The translations under genes and the position numbers were made by a program. A DNA stretch of 64,000 nt from Paramoeba atlantica (Eukaryota > Protista > Discosea), in the NCBI GenBank assembly GCA_977017575.1, contig CDRNVI010000043.1:372001-436000 (forward strand). Reading direction: 5' to 3'. Position 1 is the first letter of the stretch. Each line of letters begins with the position of its first letter. Below are positions 30,498-41,232 of the stretch, piece after piece. The notes under the pieces were generated by a model, which had not been told where the DNA came from, searched no databases, and saw nothing but the letters and a program-made list of their open reading frames with translations.

Positions 30498-32015
30498 CTA
30501 GAACTGCATAGAAGTTGAAGCCTTTTTGAGACTATCTACCTTTGAACGTCCCGGAAGTGCGGCAGTCTTCTTCACTGGGCCGCTCGACGTACCAACTTGA
30601 GATGAAGCAGGAATAGTACCAACTTGCGATTTCTCTTCAGTAGGCACACGTAACGGTTGTGGTAGTGAAGTGGTAGCGTGAGATACGGCTCGCCCTGGAT
30701 CCCAACCTGCCATGTGTTGTGCACTAACACTTGGACTCCACGGCGTTGGCATCGGCGCGGGCAAATGACTCGGAACCCTCACCGCATCCGCCTTCCTCAC
30801 ACCCCCCTCCCCTGCGGGAATCCCCTTTGAGGCATCACTCACAACCACACACTGTGTCTCCGGCATCCCCCTCCGCCCACCGCCGGCTCGCGCGCCTTCT
30901 CCTGTTCCGACCTCCTCCTTTCCCCGTGCCCCCCAACGCCACTCCGCTAACGCCATCTCCGCCTGCCGCGGCCCCGCAGTAAGCACATCCCCCCACTTCC
31001 CCTTCGGGTGGATCGCATCTGTCGGGGGTCGACCCCACTGCCCGCGGTCATGCCCCCAACTCGTCCCCGGCGGCAGCGGCGCATTCACCCCCGGGAGCAA
31101 CAACGAGGGATACCCCGGCGGGGGGCCATGGACCTGCATGTGCACCAGCCACGGAGGGGGATACGGCGTCGACACCCCCGCCGGCATCCCCAGTGCCACC
31201 CGCAGCCGGCTCGAGAGGAACCCGGGCTGCACATCACGATGGCCCGGGGCCCGACGCTCCCCCTCGGTGTACAGCACCCCGAGCTCCGCACACACCCCGC
31301 TCGAGACTTTGGTGAAACAGTCACGTAGGGCGTCGTAGTCGGGTCGTGGGGCAACGAGTGCGTTACTCCCCTTGGATGCGGCCGTGCCGTGGTGCTGGCT
31401 GGCGCGTGCCTTGTCGACGTAGTACTTGCGTATCGTAGCGACTCGAGTCCCCGCGACATCCGCGGGTAACTCGTACCGCAGATTCGAGGAGCGCTGGGAG
31501 AGGTATTTCCGACGGTGACTCCAGTGTTGGGGGACGGGGACGTAGTTGCGGTAGGTACGGAGGTGGACCGCGGCGATGGGGTCATTGGCGTTGATGTCAT
31601 GGAGATCTACGGCCTCGGGGCGGTATACCGCGAGTTTGAGACGGCCAACCGTCCAGGGGTCCGTCTTCCGTTTCTGACGTAGAGTTGTGGGAGGATTAGG
31701 TACCGCATTTCCGGCGGCAGCCTTTTCTGTAGTCGAGGTTGTCATGTCATGCTCTTCTTCGTCATGCTCTTCTTTGGTTTCGTCTGCTTCTATAGATGAT
31801 TCGTTTTTTCGAGAGTGAAAGCGAGTGATCATTTCTTGAATTTCAGGATCATACTCGTCGATCGCCCTTGGGACGATCGGGACCACACGTGCAGCTTTGC
31901 CCTTAGAGCCAGCTTTTCCTTTTGCTTGCCTTCTTTTGGATGTTGAATTGGCAGTTTGCGGCTCAAATTTTATGAATTTCCGAGGTTTGGCTGTCATAAC
32001 GAACGTTAGTATCAA
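30498..32015 (-). CDS. SF3B2: Splicing factor SF3B2/SAP145/Cus1
   Basis: DUF382-like DINANDP...RNYVPVPQHWSHRRKYL; PSP domain PPPWLVHMQVHGPPPGYPSLLLPGVNAPLPPGTSWG..RGQWGRPP. Confidence 0.9.
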   Translation of the reverse strand: MILTFVMTAKPRKFIKFEPQTANSTSKRRQAKGKAGSKGKAARVVPIVPRAIDEYDPEIQEMITRFHSRKNESSIEADETKEEHDEEEHDMTTSTTEKAAAGNAVPNPPTTLRQKRKTDPWTVGRLKLAVYRPEAVDLHDINANDPIAAVHLRTYRNYVPVPQHWSHRRKYLSQRSSNLRYELPADVAGTRVATIRKYYVDKARASQHHGTAASKGSNALVAPRPDYDALRDCFTKVSSGVCAELGVLYTEGERRAPGHRDVQPGFLSSRLRVALGMPAGVSTPYPPPWLVHMQVHGPPPGYPSLLLPGVNAPLPPGTSWGHDRGQWGRPPTDAIHPKGKWGDVLTAGPRQAEMALAEWRWGARGKEEVGTGEGARAGGGRRGMPETQCVVVSDASKGIPAGEGGVRKADAVRVPSHLPAPMPTPWSPSVSAQHMAGWDPGRAVSHATTSLPQPLRVPTEEKSQVGTIPASSQVGTSSGPVKKTAALPGRSKVDSLKKASTSMQF

Positions 32016-32225
32016 AAAGGAAAGAACTTATAAGACTTGGAAAGCATATATAAAAAGATTTAACTTGAAAAAATATTCATTCAACGTAAAAACTGATTTT
32101 GCGCTTAAAGGATCGTAATTTTATATTCACTCACATTTTACAATTGTACGTTTACCTGTGTCACGTGTAATTCTTAATGTATTCAACTTTTTGTGATGCA
32201 GGAATATTCACTCGTCCTCGTTTTC

Positions 32226-32789
32226 CTAGTCGTGCGGAGACCGCTTCGGTGAATCTAGTACAACAGTTATGGGACCTTCATTGCACAGGCTCACATGTGA
32301 AAATGCACCAAAGGCACCCGTGTGTACGCGCGCCGGAACATATTTTTTACGAACAAGCTCTGCAAAAGAGTCAAACATGTCCCGGGCTTTTTCGCTGGAC
32401 ATCGCTTTTCGAAAATCTGGCTTGTGACCCTTTAATTGCTGGCAAAGCGTGAATTGGGAAACGAGCATGATATCACCAGCAATTGCTGTTACGGATTTAC
32501 TCCATCGCCCACTTTCAGGACGCGTTTCCTGAACGGCAATCTCAGACTCATTTGAAGCCTCGCCACTTTTTAGAGATCCGCTTCTGTCTCGGACTTTATT
32601 TTTCAAAGAATCGGTCAACGAGAATAATCGAATATTAAGAATTTTATTTGCCATCCATTCCATGTCATTCACTGTGTCATCGTGGAATATACCAACTAGA
32701 ATGCAAAGTCCGGGACCGGAGATTGAGCTTATGAGCCGCTCCTCCACTTTAACACTTGCACTTATTATGCGTTGAACAACGCACCTCAT
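32226..32789 (-). CDS. DTD1: D-aminoacyl-tRNA deacylase
   Basis: MRCVVQRI..ASV, VSQFTL, GHKPDF, TGAFGA, NEGPITVVLDS. Confidence 0.95.
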   Translation of the reverse strand: MRCVVQRIISASVKVEERLISSISGPGLCILVGIFHDDTVNDMEWMANKILNIRLFSLTDSLKNKVRDRSGSLKSGEASNESEIAVQETRPESGRWSKSVTAIAGDIMLVSQFTLCQQLKGHKPDFRKAMSSEKARDMFDSFAELVRKKYVPARVHTGAFGAFSHVSLCNEGPITVVLDSPKRSPHD

Positions 32790-32920
32790 CTATAAGTTGG
32801 AGTGGTAAAATATACTGCAACACATTATTTGAATATCAAACTGGACCCCAAAGAAAGGTCTTTAAAAGAGCAGGTACATTTCTCTTACCATTTCATGAAT
32901 GTACATGTGAATAAACATTG

Positions 32921-33961
32921 TCAATCTGTAAACGAGGCATCCATGTTGGAAAGAAATTCCATTTCTTTCTCTATATTCTTACGGCTGAATCTGTCCCGAG
33001 ACGCTGATGAGGAGAAGAGAGGTCGAGTGTAGAGACCATCACCTTTCGTTTCTTCCCGAGCCACCTCGGCAAGTCGTTGATCATACAACGCTTCGTGAGA
33101 TGCAGGCAATTCCCGATTCTCACCATCCCCAAGTGCCAATATTTCCGTAAGATCCCTCTGGAACTCTACATCCACCCCCGTACGCCGCCGAATGCCCTCC
33201 ATCCTCAACTGTTGCCGGTGAACCTCCCTTCGTTGTTCCCCCAACACCTTCTCCCGTTCCCTGCGATCCCTACGCTCGTCCTCACTCTCCCGCCCCCGCG
33301 CCGCCCTCAGTTCTTTCTCATACCGCTGCGCGTCGCGCTCGGCCAGCGCTCGCAGCTCGGCCTCCTCCCTCGCGGCCACCGCCTCCGCCAGGCGCCGTTC
33401 CTCCCCCGCCCGTCGCTCCATCTCGTTCCGGGTCTTCGCCTCGATCCGGCTCGCATGGGCGCGCAGCTTGGTGTGCCTCTCCCCGGGTTGGATCAAACCC
33501 TCCGCGGGGTTTTGCAGCGCCCGTACCTCCAGCGGGATCACATGGCCCAGCGGGTTCACGTAGTTCGACACGCAGGAGGGGATGTTCCACTCCGCGCGCT
33601 CCGCAGGGGTGAGCGCACGCGGGGGGGAGCGCTCGGACCGGCCAGGGGGGCTGGACGCACGAACCGGGAGAGCGGCATGGGGAGCGGAGGCTCCTTTGTG
33701 GGAGGCTCGCTTCCTCGGGCGCAGCGGGTCGTTGTGCTGTTCCGCAATCTCAAGGACATGGGAGGAGGGGGAGGGGGAGGGGGCATTGTGGTGAGTGTAT
33801 TGGAGTAACTTGGGGGTTGTGGAGGAGGGGGTGGGGGTGGTGGAGTTTGGGTCCTCGATACCGAGCTCACGGTATCGAGCTTGGAGGGCGAGGCGCGTGA
33901 GATGGAGATTGTGCTCAATTTCGGCGTTGGAGGGTCTGGGGGGTAGGTGTACCGCGCTCAT
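32921..33961 (-). CDS. SNW1: SKIP/SNW1/Prp45 splicing factor
   Basis: SPPRALTPAERAEWNIPSCVSNYVNPLGHVIPLEVR matches the SKIP core; charged helical region follows; ALYDQRL motif. Confidence 0.85.
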   Translation of the reverse strand: MSAVHLPPRPSNAEIEHNLHLTRLALQARYRELGIEDPNSTTPTPSSTTPKLLQYTHHNAPSPSPSSHVLEIAEQHNDPLRPRKRASHKGASAPHAALPVRASSPPGRSERSPPRALTPAERAEWNIPSCVSNYVNPLGHVIPLEVRALQNPAEGLIQPGERHTKLRAHASRIEAKTRNEMERRAGEERRLAEAVAAREEAELRALAERDAQRYEKELRAARGRESEDERRDRREREKVLGEQRREVHRQQLRMEGIRRRTGVDVEFQRDLTEILALGDGENRELPASHEALYDQRLAEVAREETKGDGLYTRPLFSSSASRDRFSRKNIEKEMEFLSNMDASFTD

Positions 33962-34249
33962 GGTTGTGGAGAGGAATGAGGCAGTAGTTATGAAAGAGTT
34001 TAAAAATTAAGACAAAAGTACGATTAAAGGGAAGTGCACGAAGACGCTTGAATACTACATGCATACATGTTTATATGTTTGAATGTGTATATGAGGGACC
34101 GTATCATGTGCTTCTGGAATAGAAAATCGCAGTGCCGTTTGAGTGGGATCCACTTATCCGAGGTTATGTAGGGGGCTTACATGGTTGTCTTACATGATTA
34201 TTAGCGAACTCGATCAAGCACATCATAGCTCATGCATTCACGCTAGTTT

Positions 34250-35368
34250 TCAAGTACAGAAAGAACTCAAGCATCGCACAAACGTTTGCACTCTATCTTC
34301 GATACCGCGCTGCCGAGATATCCTTCGAGATTTTATGAGAGGAAAATGATCGAGATTATTGCGTTCTTTGGATAGTTTGACAGATTTTTTTCGTGGTGAG
34401 AGAAGAACATGTTGTCGTTCACCCTCCTTCCCCGAAAGGCGTTCCCCTTTTATGGTAATCGCAGGAACATCATCGGGAATAACAAATTTGTAAAGGTTGT
34501 AGAAGTTGCAATATTTCACAAGGTGAGGCGGCAATTCCTTGCGATCAATATACGACGAATATGGAAGATAACGCACACCATTGCGTGCATATTTTCTTAA
34601 TAGATTAATGATGCTATTTGACTCCATTCTGTCATTCATATGGCCTGTTCGCGCGTAGGAATCAAGCAGATCCTTTGTCTCTTTGCGGGTCTGAGTTATG
34701 CGACGCATTCGGTTGTGCGCAGTTTTTGCAAGAATGCAAGACGTGGGAGCTAGCACTCCGAAACGCACGAGAGGAGCTACAATGCTTCCAATATGGTGTA
34801 ACCCGGCATAATGTTGAACGGCAAGACATGTGAGCTCCTTGTTTGGCGAATTTGAGTCAAGCGCCGCTAGTAGGTCTAGATTATTCGTTTCTCTTAATGC
34901 TAAACCTAGAAGAAGTAAGCGGCACATAAATGATTTTCGATAGTCAGTCAAAGGCATCATGGGCAGGAGACGGCGTACCAATGTGTTAAAAGAAATCGAA
35001 TGCCGAGCGTTACATTCGCGTGCTAGGTTGGTACAGTGTTTCATGCATAAAAGTGAAGGTAGCGGTATATTTATATCTTCACGTGACTTACAGTTTTGCA
35101 AGCAGTCATGAACGTAAACAAAAGCGTGCTCTCCCGAAGCATCCGTAATCTTAGTGGAGGCGTTGCCCTCATTGCGCTTGTTCCTTGAACGTGAAGGACG
35201 TGTGTTTATTCCGTTATATGTGTTTGCTAGTGGATAAAAAATATCAAAGAGGCCATTCGGGTATTTTCTACGGAACGTAGTTGAGGAGGGTAATTCTGAT
35301 CTAGCATGAAATCGAGGGTTATGTGAGATAGCGTCCGAGACCTCTTTTGATATGGATACAACCTCCAT
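34250..35368 (-). CDS. Hypothetical protein
   Basis: 372-aa ORF on the cluster strand; no motif recognised. Confidence 0.6.
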   Translation of the reverse strand: MEVVSISKEVSDAISHNPRFHARSELPSSTTFRRKYPNGLFDIFYPLANTYNGINTRPSRSRNKRNEGNASTKITDASGEHAFVYVHDCLQNCKSREDINIPLPSLLCMKHCTNLARECNARHSISFNTLVRRLLPMMPLTDYRKSFMCRLLLLGLALRETNNLDLLAALDSNSPNKELTCLAVQHYAGLHHIGSIVAPLVRFGVLAPTSCILAKTAHNRMRRITQTRKETKDLLDSYARTGHMNDRMESNSIINLLRKYARNGVRYLPYSSYIDRKELPPHLVKYCNFYNLYKFVIPDDVPAITIKGERLSGKEGERQHVLLSPRKKSVKLSKERNNLDHFPLIKSRRISRQRGIEDRVQTFVRCLSSFCT

Positions 35369-35568
35369 GAACGCATGAGTATTACAGTGTAGGGGACCGG
35401 TGTTTCATACTATACTTTACTTTAACGTTTACAGAATAGTTTTTCATTATGATTTAGTTATTTGTTCGGTTATTTTACATGTATATTCATCTGAATGACG
35501 TAAATATCGCACGTACAACATGAATTTAATGTTAAATTCATTACAAGAGAAAACCATTGATGCATCAT

Positions 35569-37935
35569 TCATTCATTAACCAGGTGAGCGCGTGTGCTTA
35601 TGTCCGGTATGTATCCTGTCGTCTCACGGCGTCCTACAATTGGTGCAGTAGGTTCTAATGCACCAAGGGATCTGAGTTCTTCTAAACTGTACAGCGATTT
35701 TCCGATATCCTTGGAGGTGTCTCTACTTTGTGCCATTTCGCGAAAAAAGCGTTCTACTAGGCAAATGCAGGCATCGGCACTGACATTCGTATTTTCGCCC
35801 AGACAATTCGCGATCCAGAGGGGTAACTTTGCTACCTTTTCTTGCAATGCGTACCTCCTGTCCGCTAATATCATCACGCCATAGTCAGCCTTGTTGCGTA
35901 GAACACGACCAACGCATTGTGCAGATTGCCTCATGGCATCGAATGTGACATACTCGGTTTCGGATATGTTGAGACTTTCTTCCATCCATCGCTTTCGTTC
36001 GTTTAGAGCTCTCTCTTCAGGTGGTAGAAAAGGAACACCAATCATAATCACACAGCGACCATATTGAGAGTCAAAGTCAATCCCTTCAGAAATTTTACCT
36101 CTAGCTATGCTAAAAAATACAGCGCCACGTCCAATGTCACACGCACGGCGATAGTTAGCAAGAGCAAGAGCAGTCTCCTCAACATCCTGGCTTTCAATAA
36201 ACACCAATTTGTGCTTTGTTATTTCGGAGACAAGGCCCGATGTCATCCATGCATGAAGTACCTTTCCCATGTACATGTACCCAGGAAAGAAACAAACCAT
36301 TCCATCAGGAACTACAGCTGCAAGCGAACTAACCAATTTTCCATAATTTGATACCACCGCAGGTTGTACTGAATCGTTTTGTCGTGTTTTGTAACTAGTG
36401 TTTAGTTCAACAAGTTCTGTGGACATTGACATTTGATCTGCCCCGCGAGTAACGACAATGGGAGCAATGCACCTCCTCGTGAGTGTCATTTCAAATGTTT
36501 TCGCGATCATTGGAGTGAAGCCTAATATCTTGGGAAAAATGTGCAGCGGACTGAGCGTACCACTCGTTAAGATTACATTGTTGTAGGACGAGAAAACGGG
36601 GCGCATTGCCACCGCAGCATCAAGACAACATAATTGAAGTACTGGATCGGGAGTACGTTGAATGTTCGTTGGGTCGAAAGGCTCGTAAACAACAGAAAAC
36701 CCATCGTTTTGATAAACGGCTAAAAGGGTTGCGAAGTCTGCCACTAGGCTTAGATGCCGATATGCATACGCATCTGAAATTTCTAGTGTGTTCATGAGAA
36801 GTCGCAATCTTTCAGAAAAAAACTTAAGCTGTGCGGTGTCAAGACCGATTTCTTGCTTCAATTTTTCCAGAAAGAGGGGAGGCTTGCATACATACACAGT
36901 ACTCATAGTAAATACGTATTTATGGAGAAATCCGATCAGCTTGCGCATCATGTGTATAAAATGATCGGCTCGCCTCATCCTACCAGAAACCGCTTCTCTT
37001 TCCATGTCTTGAAGCAACTGAGGTGGGTCCAGTATGCGATCCGTGTCTTGCATACCACTCAATGCGAAACCTTCAACCAATTTCTTGTATTCGTCACGCA
37101 GTCGATCGACGTTGTCCTTTTCAATTTCCGAGTATTTATTCCGAAGACCATCAATATTTGCTCGCTGTGCGATTTCAATATCGCGCTGTGTGAGAGTGAT
37201 GCTAAGCGCTTCAATACACACATCGTCCACGTTATGTCCTTCGTCAAGAATTACGATGCTGTTGGATGACAGACGCGACTGGACTACGGCGCTCAACTTC
37301 GGATCAACTAAATAAGTGTAACTATGCACCAGAAAATCAGCATATTCAACCGCGTGGCGCGCCATCCAATATGGGCAGTGCCCTCTTGCCCGTCCAAGAC
37401 GTCGTAAATCTTCCAAAGCATATACCCCTGTAGGCAGAACGCATTGTCCCACCCCTGCGGCCTCTTCTACATCATTAAAATAGCCACACGCTGTGCGACC
37501 TGAATCACGCAGCCACGATGCAGTCAAACGACGGCATGCAGAGTCTACTTGGGCACCATATCCTTGCGTGTACACGTCCTCATGAATGCACATGTTCTTC
37601 CGAGCAGAGAGACCAATTGCAAGTAATGGTTTCAAGGGCGTCCCACTCTTTTCCCAATATTGAATCAGCCTTCTGAGCTCTTCAAGCACTTTACTCATTT
37701 CGACTACGGTTCGAGTGCAGTATACGATTTTTCCGACGTCAATTTTATACTTGTTCCAGTAGGCAACCAACAAAGACAGAAGAGATATCGTCTTGCCAGT
37801 GCCACTGGGCATTTCCAATAATAAGTGCCCTTTGCGATCGAGGCCATGCTTCAATTCCTGCATGTATTTAAACTGCTCGGGGTAAATGTAGTCATACGGA
37901 AAAAGCACCTCCAGCTCCTCGATGTAGAAACGCAT
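35569..37935 (-). CDS. ERCC2: TFIIH helicase XPD/Rad3
   Basis: LEVLFPYDYIYPEQ, EMPSGTGKT, Fe-S cysteines, DEGHNVD, TSGTLSP, ARGKISEGIDF, QCVGRVLR. Confidence 0.97.
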   Translation of the reverse strand: MRFYIEELEVLFPYDYIYPEQFKYMQELKHGLDRKGHLLLEMPSGTGKTISLLSLLVAYWNKYKIDVGKIVYCTRTVVEMSKVLEELRRLIQYWEKSGTPLKPLLAIGLSARKNMCIHEDVYTQGYGAQVDSACRRLTASWLRDSGRTACGYFNDVEEAAGVGQCVLPTGVYALEDLRRLGRARGHCPYWMARHAVEYADFLVHSYTYLVDPKLSAVVQSRLSSNSIVILDEGHNVDDVCIEALSITLTQRDIEIAQRANIDGLRNKYSEIEKDNVDRLRDEYKKLVEGFALSGMQDTDRILDPPQLLQDMEREAVSGRMRRADHFIHMMRKLIGFLHKYVFTMSTVYVCKPPLFLEKLKQEIGLDTAQLKFFSERLRLLMNTLEISDAYAYRHLSLVADFATLLAVYQNDGFSVVYEPFDPTNIQRTPDPVLQLCCLDAAVAMRPVFSSYNNVILTSGTLSPLHIFPKILGFTPMIAKTFEMTLTRRCIAPIVVTRGADQMSMSTELVELNTSYKTRQNDSVQPAVVSNYGKLVSSLAAVVPDGMVCFFPGYMYMGKVLHAWMTSGLVSEITKHKLVFIESQDVEETALALANYRRACDIGRGAVFFSIARGKISEGIDFDSQYGRCVIMIGVPFLPPEERALNERKRWMEESLNISETEYVTFDAMRQSAQCVGRVLRNKADYGVMILADRRYALQEKVAKLPLWIANCLGENTNVSADACICLVERFFREMAQSRDTSKDIGKSLYSLEELRSLGALEPTAPIVGRRETTGYIPDISTRAHLVNE

Positions 37936-38254
37936 CCTTCAGGTACTCGCCACTTAGCACAAAGTCTATGCAAGTTATATGCAAGTTAATTCATGTAATT
38001 GATACGAAAATAGTCAATCTAAGTAAGATTTTTCAAAGAATATCAAATTTTTTAAAGTGCGTTTCCAGACGAGGAAGTGAAATACACTTACAACGTGTTA
38101 TCCTTTTTAAAATCGTATCAATAAAGTAATAAAGTGCACCTCCCATATGATGAGCAACCAATATCTCACAGCAGGCTGGATACATTTTGTGTCGCATAGC
38201 TGAGCGTAGCCTAGAATTCTATTCTACTTCACCCAAGTAAAAAAGCTGCACCTA

Positions 38255-38800
38255 TCAAGGTGCTGGGAGAGATTTAAACTCCTCTTGAAGCTGCTTCATA
38301 CGCTGATCGTGCTCCTGTTCTAGCTGCTCCTTCTCCTTCTCATCGGCATTTTGTAGAAGCTGTTGGTACATGTCAAGAGCCGCCTTGGTAACTTTCTCTG
38401 CATCTTCGTAATCATCAGCATAATACGTCGTTCCAGAACTCTCCCGGGAATCCTCGATCGCGGCTCTGGCCTCTTCGAAGGCAGCGTTCAGACTACGAAT
38501 ATCTGTAAAAAATTTATCGTGGTTTCCGTTCGAATAATCACGTCTGGTTACCATCGTAAGCGCACATCTTTGCAGTTGGCATGAACGCATGTTTCCCAAT
38601 GACCGAGAGACTGCACTGCGGGAATAAAAACGACAGTTCGAATTGAAGTCCATGTCATTTTTCCTTAAACATTGACCTCTTACGCTTGAAAACGTTTCTG
38701 TGAGTGTAGCAACCGTAACAGCTGATAAGTGAGATGTGTTCCGGGCGGTTGTCAAGCTCGCGAGCGAGCGACCAAGATAAATTTTATGGGTTAGCGACAT
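38255..38800 (-). CDS. Hypothetical protein with mitochondrial-targeting-like N-terminus
   Basis: R/S-rich N-terminus and a compact helical C-terminal domain (FEEARAAIEDSRESSGTTYYADD). Confidence 0.6.
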   Translation of the reverse strand: MSLTHKIYLGRSLASLTTARNTSHLSAVTVATLTETFSSVRGQCLRKNDMDFNSNCRFYSRSAVSRSLGNMRSCQLQRCALTMVTRRDYSNGNHDKFFTDIRSLNAAFEEARAAIEDSRESSGTTYYADDYEDAEKVTKAALDMYQQLLQNADEKEKEQLEQEHDQRMKQLQEEFKSLPAP

Positions 38801-39260
38801 GCGAGAAAGTAACGAGCAAAAAAAATAATTACGGTTATACTAAGACACTTAATAGATTCATAAGGAGGAAATAGTTATAGTGTAACAAATTATGCTATGG
38901 CACACCGCCTTTGTTGCACTCTGTTTTAGTATCACTTTTTAAAAAGTATTGTGATCCATCACTCAAATAATATATCATAATATGCGCTCATCTGAACTTA
39001 TAGTATTCCTTACTTTTTGCTGCAGAATTCGAGCAATCTTTCTTTATGAGAAAAATCAAGCCTTGTCCTCATAAGTTTCAAATATAAAATCGTCATATTT
39101 CGAACCGTCTACCGATTTTCAAGCCGCCCAAAACAAAACAATTTTTATACTTTTCCAGTCATCCATTACATATCAAACCTATTTTTTATGTCTTAACATT
39201 TAAACCTTCAAATCAAAACCTTCTCCCCCCCCCACCCTGACCCCCCACCCCCTCTCCCTC

Positions 39261-40775
39261 TCACGACCGCCCGTGGCCGTACGGCCCCGACATCGTCCCA
39301 AACGCACCATACCCCGGGTACACCCCCCCGGGCATCGGCACACCCACCCCATACGGCTGCGCGGGGTTCGCGGGGCCTCCCCCCGCGCCCTCCTGGGGGG
39401 GCTGCAACGGGGGGCCGTACCCCCCCGCCCCGACCCCGTACCCCCCCGCGAGCCCCGCGCTGGGCTCCGTGCCGTAGGGGTAGTACCCGAACCCCGGGGG
39501 GTAGCGCCCGGAGGGGGGCTCGGGGGCGACGACGTGGTGGGGGTACCCGGGCTGCCCGGGGTAGGGGCTGAGGGGTCCCGGACGGGCCCCGGTGGGGAGC
39601 ACGCCGCTGCCGGGGTAGGGCACGTTCAACGGGGAGGGGGAAGCGGCGGTGGCTGGGGGGGTGCCGCCTAGGGGAGCGGGGTAGCCGCGGGGTGCGAGAG
39701 CTGAGGGGTAGGCGGGGGTGCCGGGATGGAGGGAGGAGGGGGGGAGGGTGACGTAGCGGGGGGAGGCGGGGGTGGCGGAGGGGGGGACGACGCCGGGGAG
39801 GGGGTAGCCCGGTACCCGGGGAGAGGCGGAGGTGGGGGAGGAGGAGGAGGGGTAGGCGGAGGAGGGAGCGTAGGGCATGGGGAGGGCGCCACGGTGGGGG
39901 TGGGGGACTGCCGCGGTGTTCCACACCCCCGGGTGGTGGGTTGAGGGGGTGGGAGCGGGAGCGGAGGCTGTGAGGGTGTCGGAGGATAGGGCGGCGTAGC
40001 TACGTGGGGGGACGTACTTCCCTCGGGCGCTGTCGGTGGTGGATGCGGGGATGGGCTGCGGGGTGGGGTGAGATGGCACTTCGTCCTTGGCGAGAACGGG
40101 AGGAGCGGTGTAGGGTACGTGACCGCGGGTCGCGGTTTCTGCATCCGTTTTGAGGTCCGGTGTTCCAAGGGGCGAGGTTGTGTGGAAATCTTGCGAGAAA
40201 GTCGTCAAGGGGGCCGTGACGGCGTCCGGGGCAAAAGCCGCGGTGATGCGTTCCGAGTGCGTTTCCTCACTTTGGAGAGGAATGGCTGTCTCCATGAAAG
40301 TACCGAAGCTGTACGTTCCAGAGACCTGACGCTCCGCTAAGGGTTCTAAGACCAACGGGGAAATTTGATGGCTGTAAGCAACGTGTCTGGGTAACGGGGA
40401 GGGTACAATTTGGATCGTGTTTTCTTCAGCCGATCCGACGCGCCGTTCTACTGCGTCTTTTCCTTGAGCTTCCTGCAATACATCAGTTTTTGCGATATGC
40501 TCCACGATTGGTATGGTTTTCAGTGCGGGGACACTGACCTGCGATGCAGTTGGGGGACGTACGGCTTTTTCATCCTGTGCAGGACCTTTGGGTGGCGAGG
40601 ACGGCTTGATTATAGTGTTGTCTTGAATTTTACTCGTCGGAGCTGATTCAGTGGAAGCCGTTTTCACAATTGAACATTTCGCGCGGACACGTTCCGAAAA
40701 TGACATGCCATCTTGGACCCTAGAAAAAGAACCACCCCAAGCTCCAAAAGCTTTAGTAGTTGCAGTTGGCGTCAT
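39261..40775 (-). CDS. Low-complexity Pro/Gly/Tyr-rich protein
   Basis: 504-aa ORF whose C-terminal half consists of PGYP/PYG/GGYG repeats; very GC-rich. Confidence 0.65.
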   Translation of the reverse strand: MTPTATTKAFGAWGGSFSRVQDGMSFSERVRAKCSIVKTASTESAPTSKIQDNTIIKPSSPPKGPAQDEKAVRPPTASQVSVPALKTIPIVEHIAKTDVLQEAQGKDAVERRVGSAEENTIQIVPSPLPRHVAYSHQISPLVLEPLAERQVSGTYSFGTFMETAIPLQSEETHSERITAAFAPDAVTAPLTTFSQDFHTTSPLGTPDLKTDAETATRGHVPYTAPPVLAKDEVPSHPTPQPIPASTTDSARGKYVPPRSYAALSSDTLTASAPAPTPSTHHPGVWNTAAVPHPHRGALPMPYAPSSAYPSSSSPTSASPRVPGYPLPGVVPPSATPASPRYVTLPPSSLHPGTPAYPSALAPRGYPAPLGGTPPATAASPSPLNVPYPGSGVLPTGARPGPLSPYPGQPGYPHHVVAPEPPSGRYPPGFGYYPYGTEPSAGLAGGYGVGAGGYGPPLQPPQEGAGGGPANPAQPYGVGVPMPGGVYPGYGAFGTMSGPYGHGRS

Positions 40776-41232
40776 GGCAGTTTGTTGGCCAAGCGCAGAG
40801 GGTGGTAAGCTAATTCTGGAACACTTTTGGTAACAGAAAATACAAAATAAACTCTTCAGCTAGATAATAGAGTGGAGTAAACTGCTCGTCAATGCTAGTA
40901 ACAAATATTTTGCTGAGCGTAAATTATTTTACTGTTGAACCTATTCAATACAGCGCTGTGCAACGTGGCGCACATCTCGAAAAAACGTCTTTCTAAAATA
41001 GCTCATTTTATTATAGTTATCATAAAGTGTAGTCTACAATTGTGAGCCATCATAATTGTTGAGCCCAACCGTAACTTTTATCTATTTGATCTTTCGATAT
41101 TTAAGAATTGGATTCCCTAGAATAGATTACTTTTTCATGCTATACTGTATATTGAAGGTTCTGGTAAAATATTTTCGGACGCTCATTGAACTATGGATGG
41201 TGAAGCTGGGGCATTTTCGTTTTACAGTAAGG

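Noticed and set aside
30731-33918. Many overlapping alternative-frame ORFs in the SF3B2 and SKIP regions (also 39208-40168 and 46091-46603)
   Set aside because: Expected from stop-codon depletion in GC-rich tracts; the conserved frame is clearly identified in SF3B2, SKIP and CBF5.
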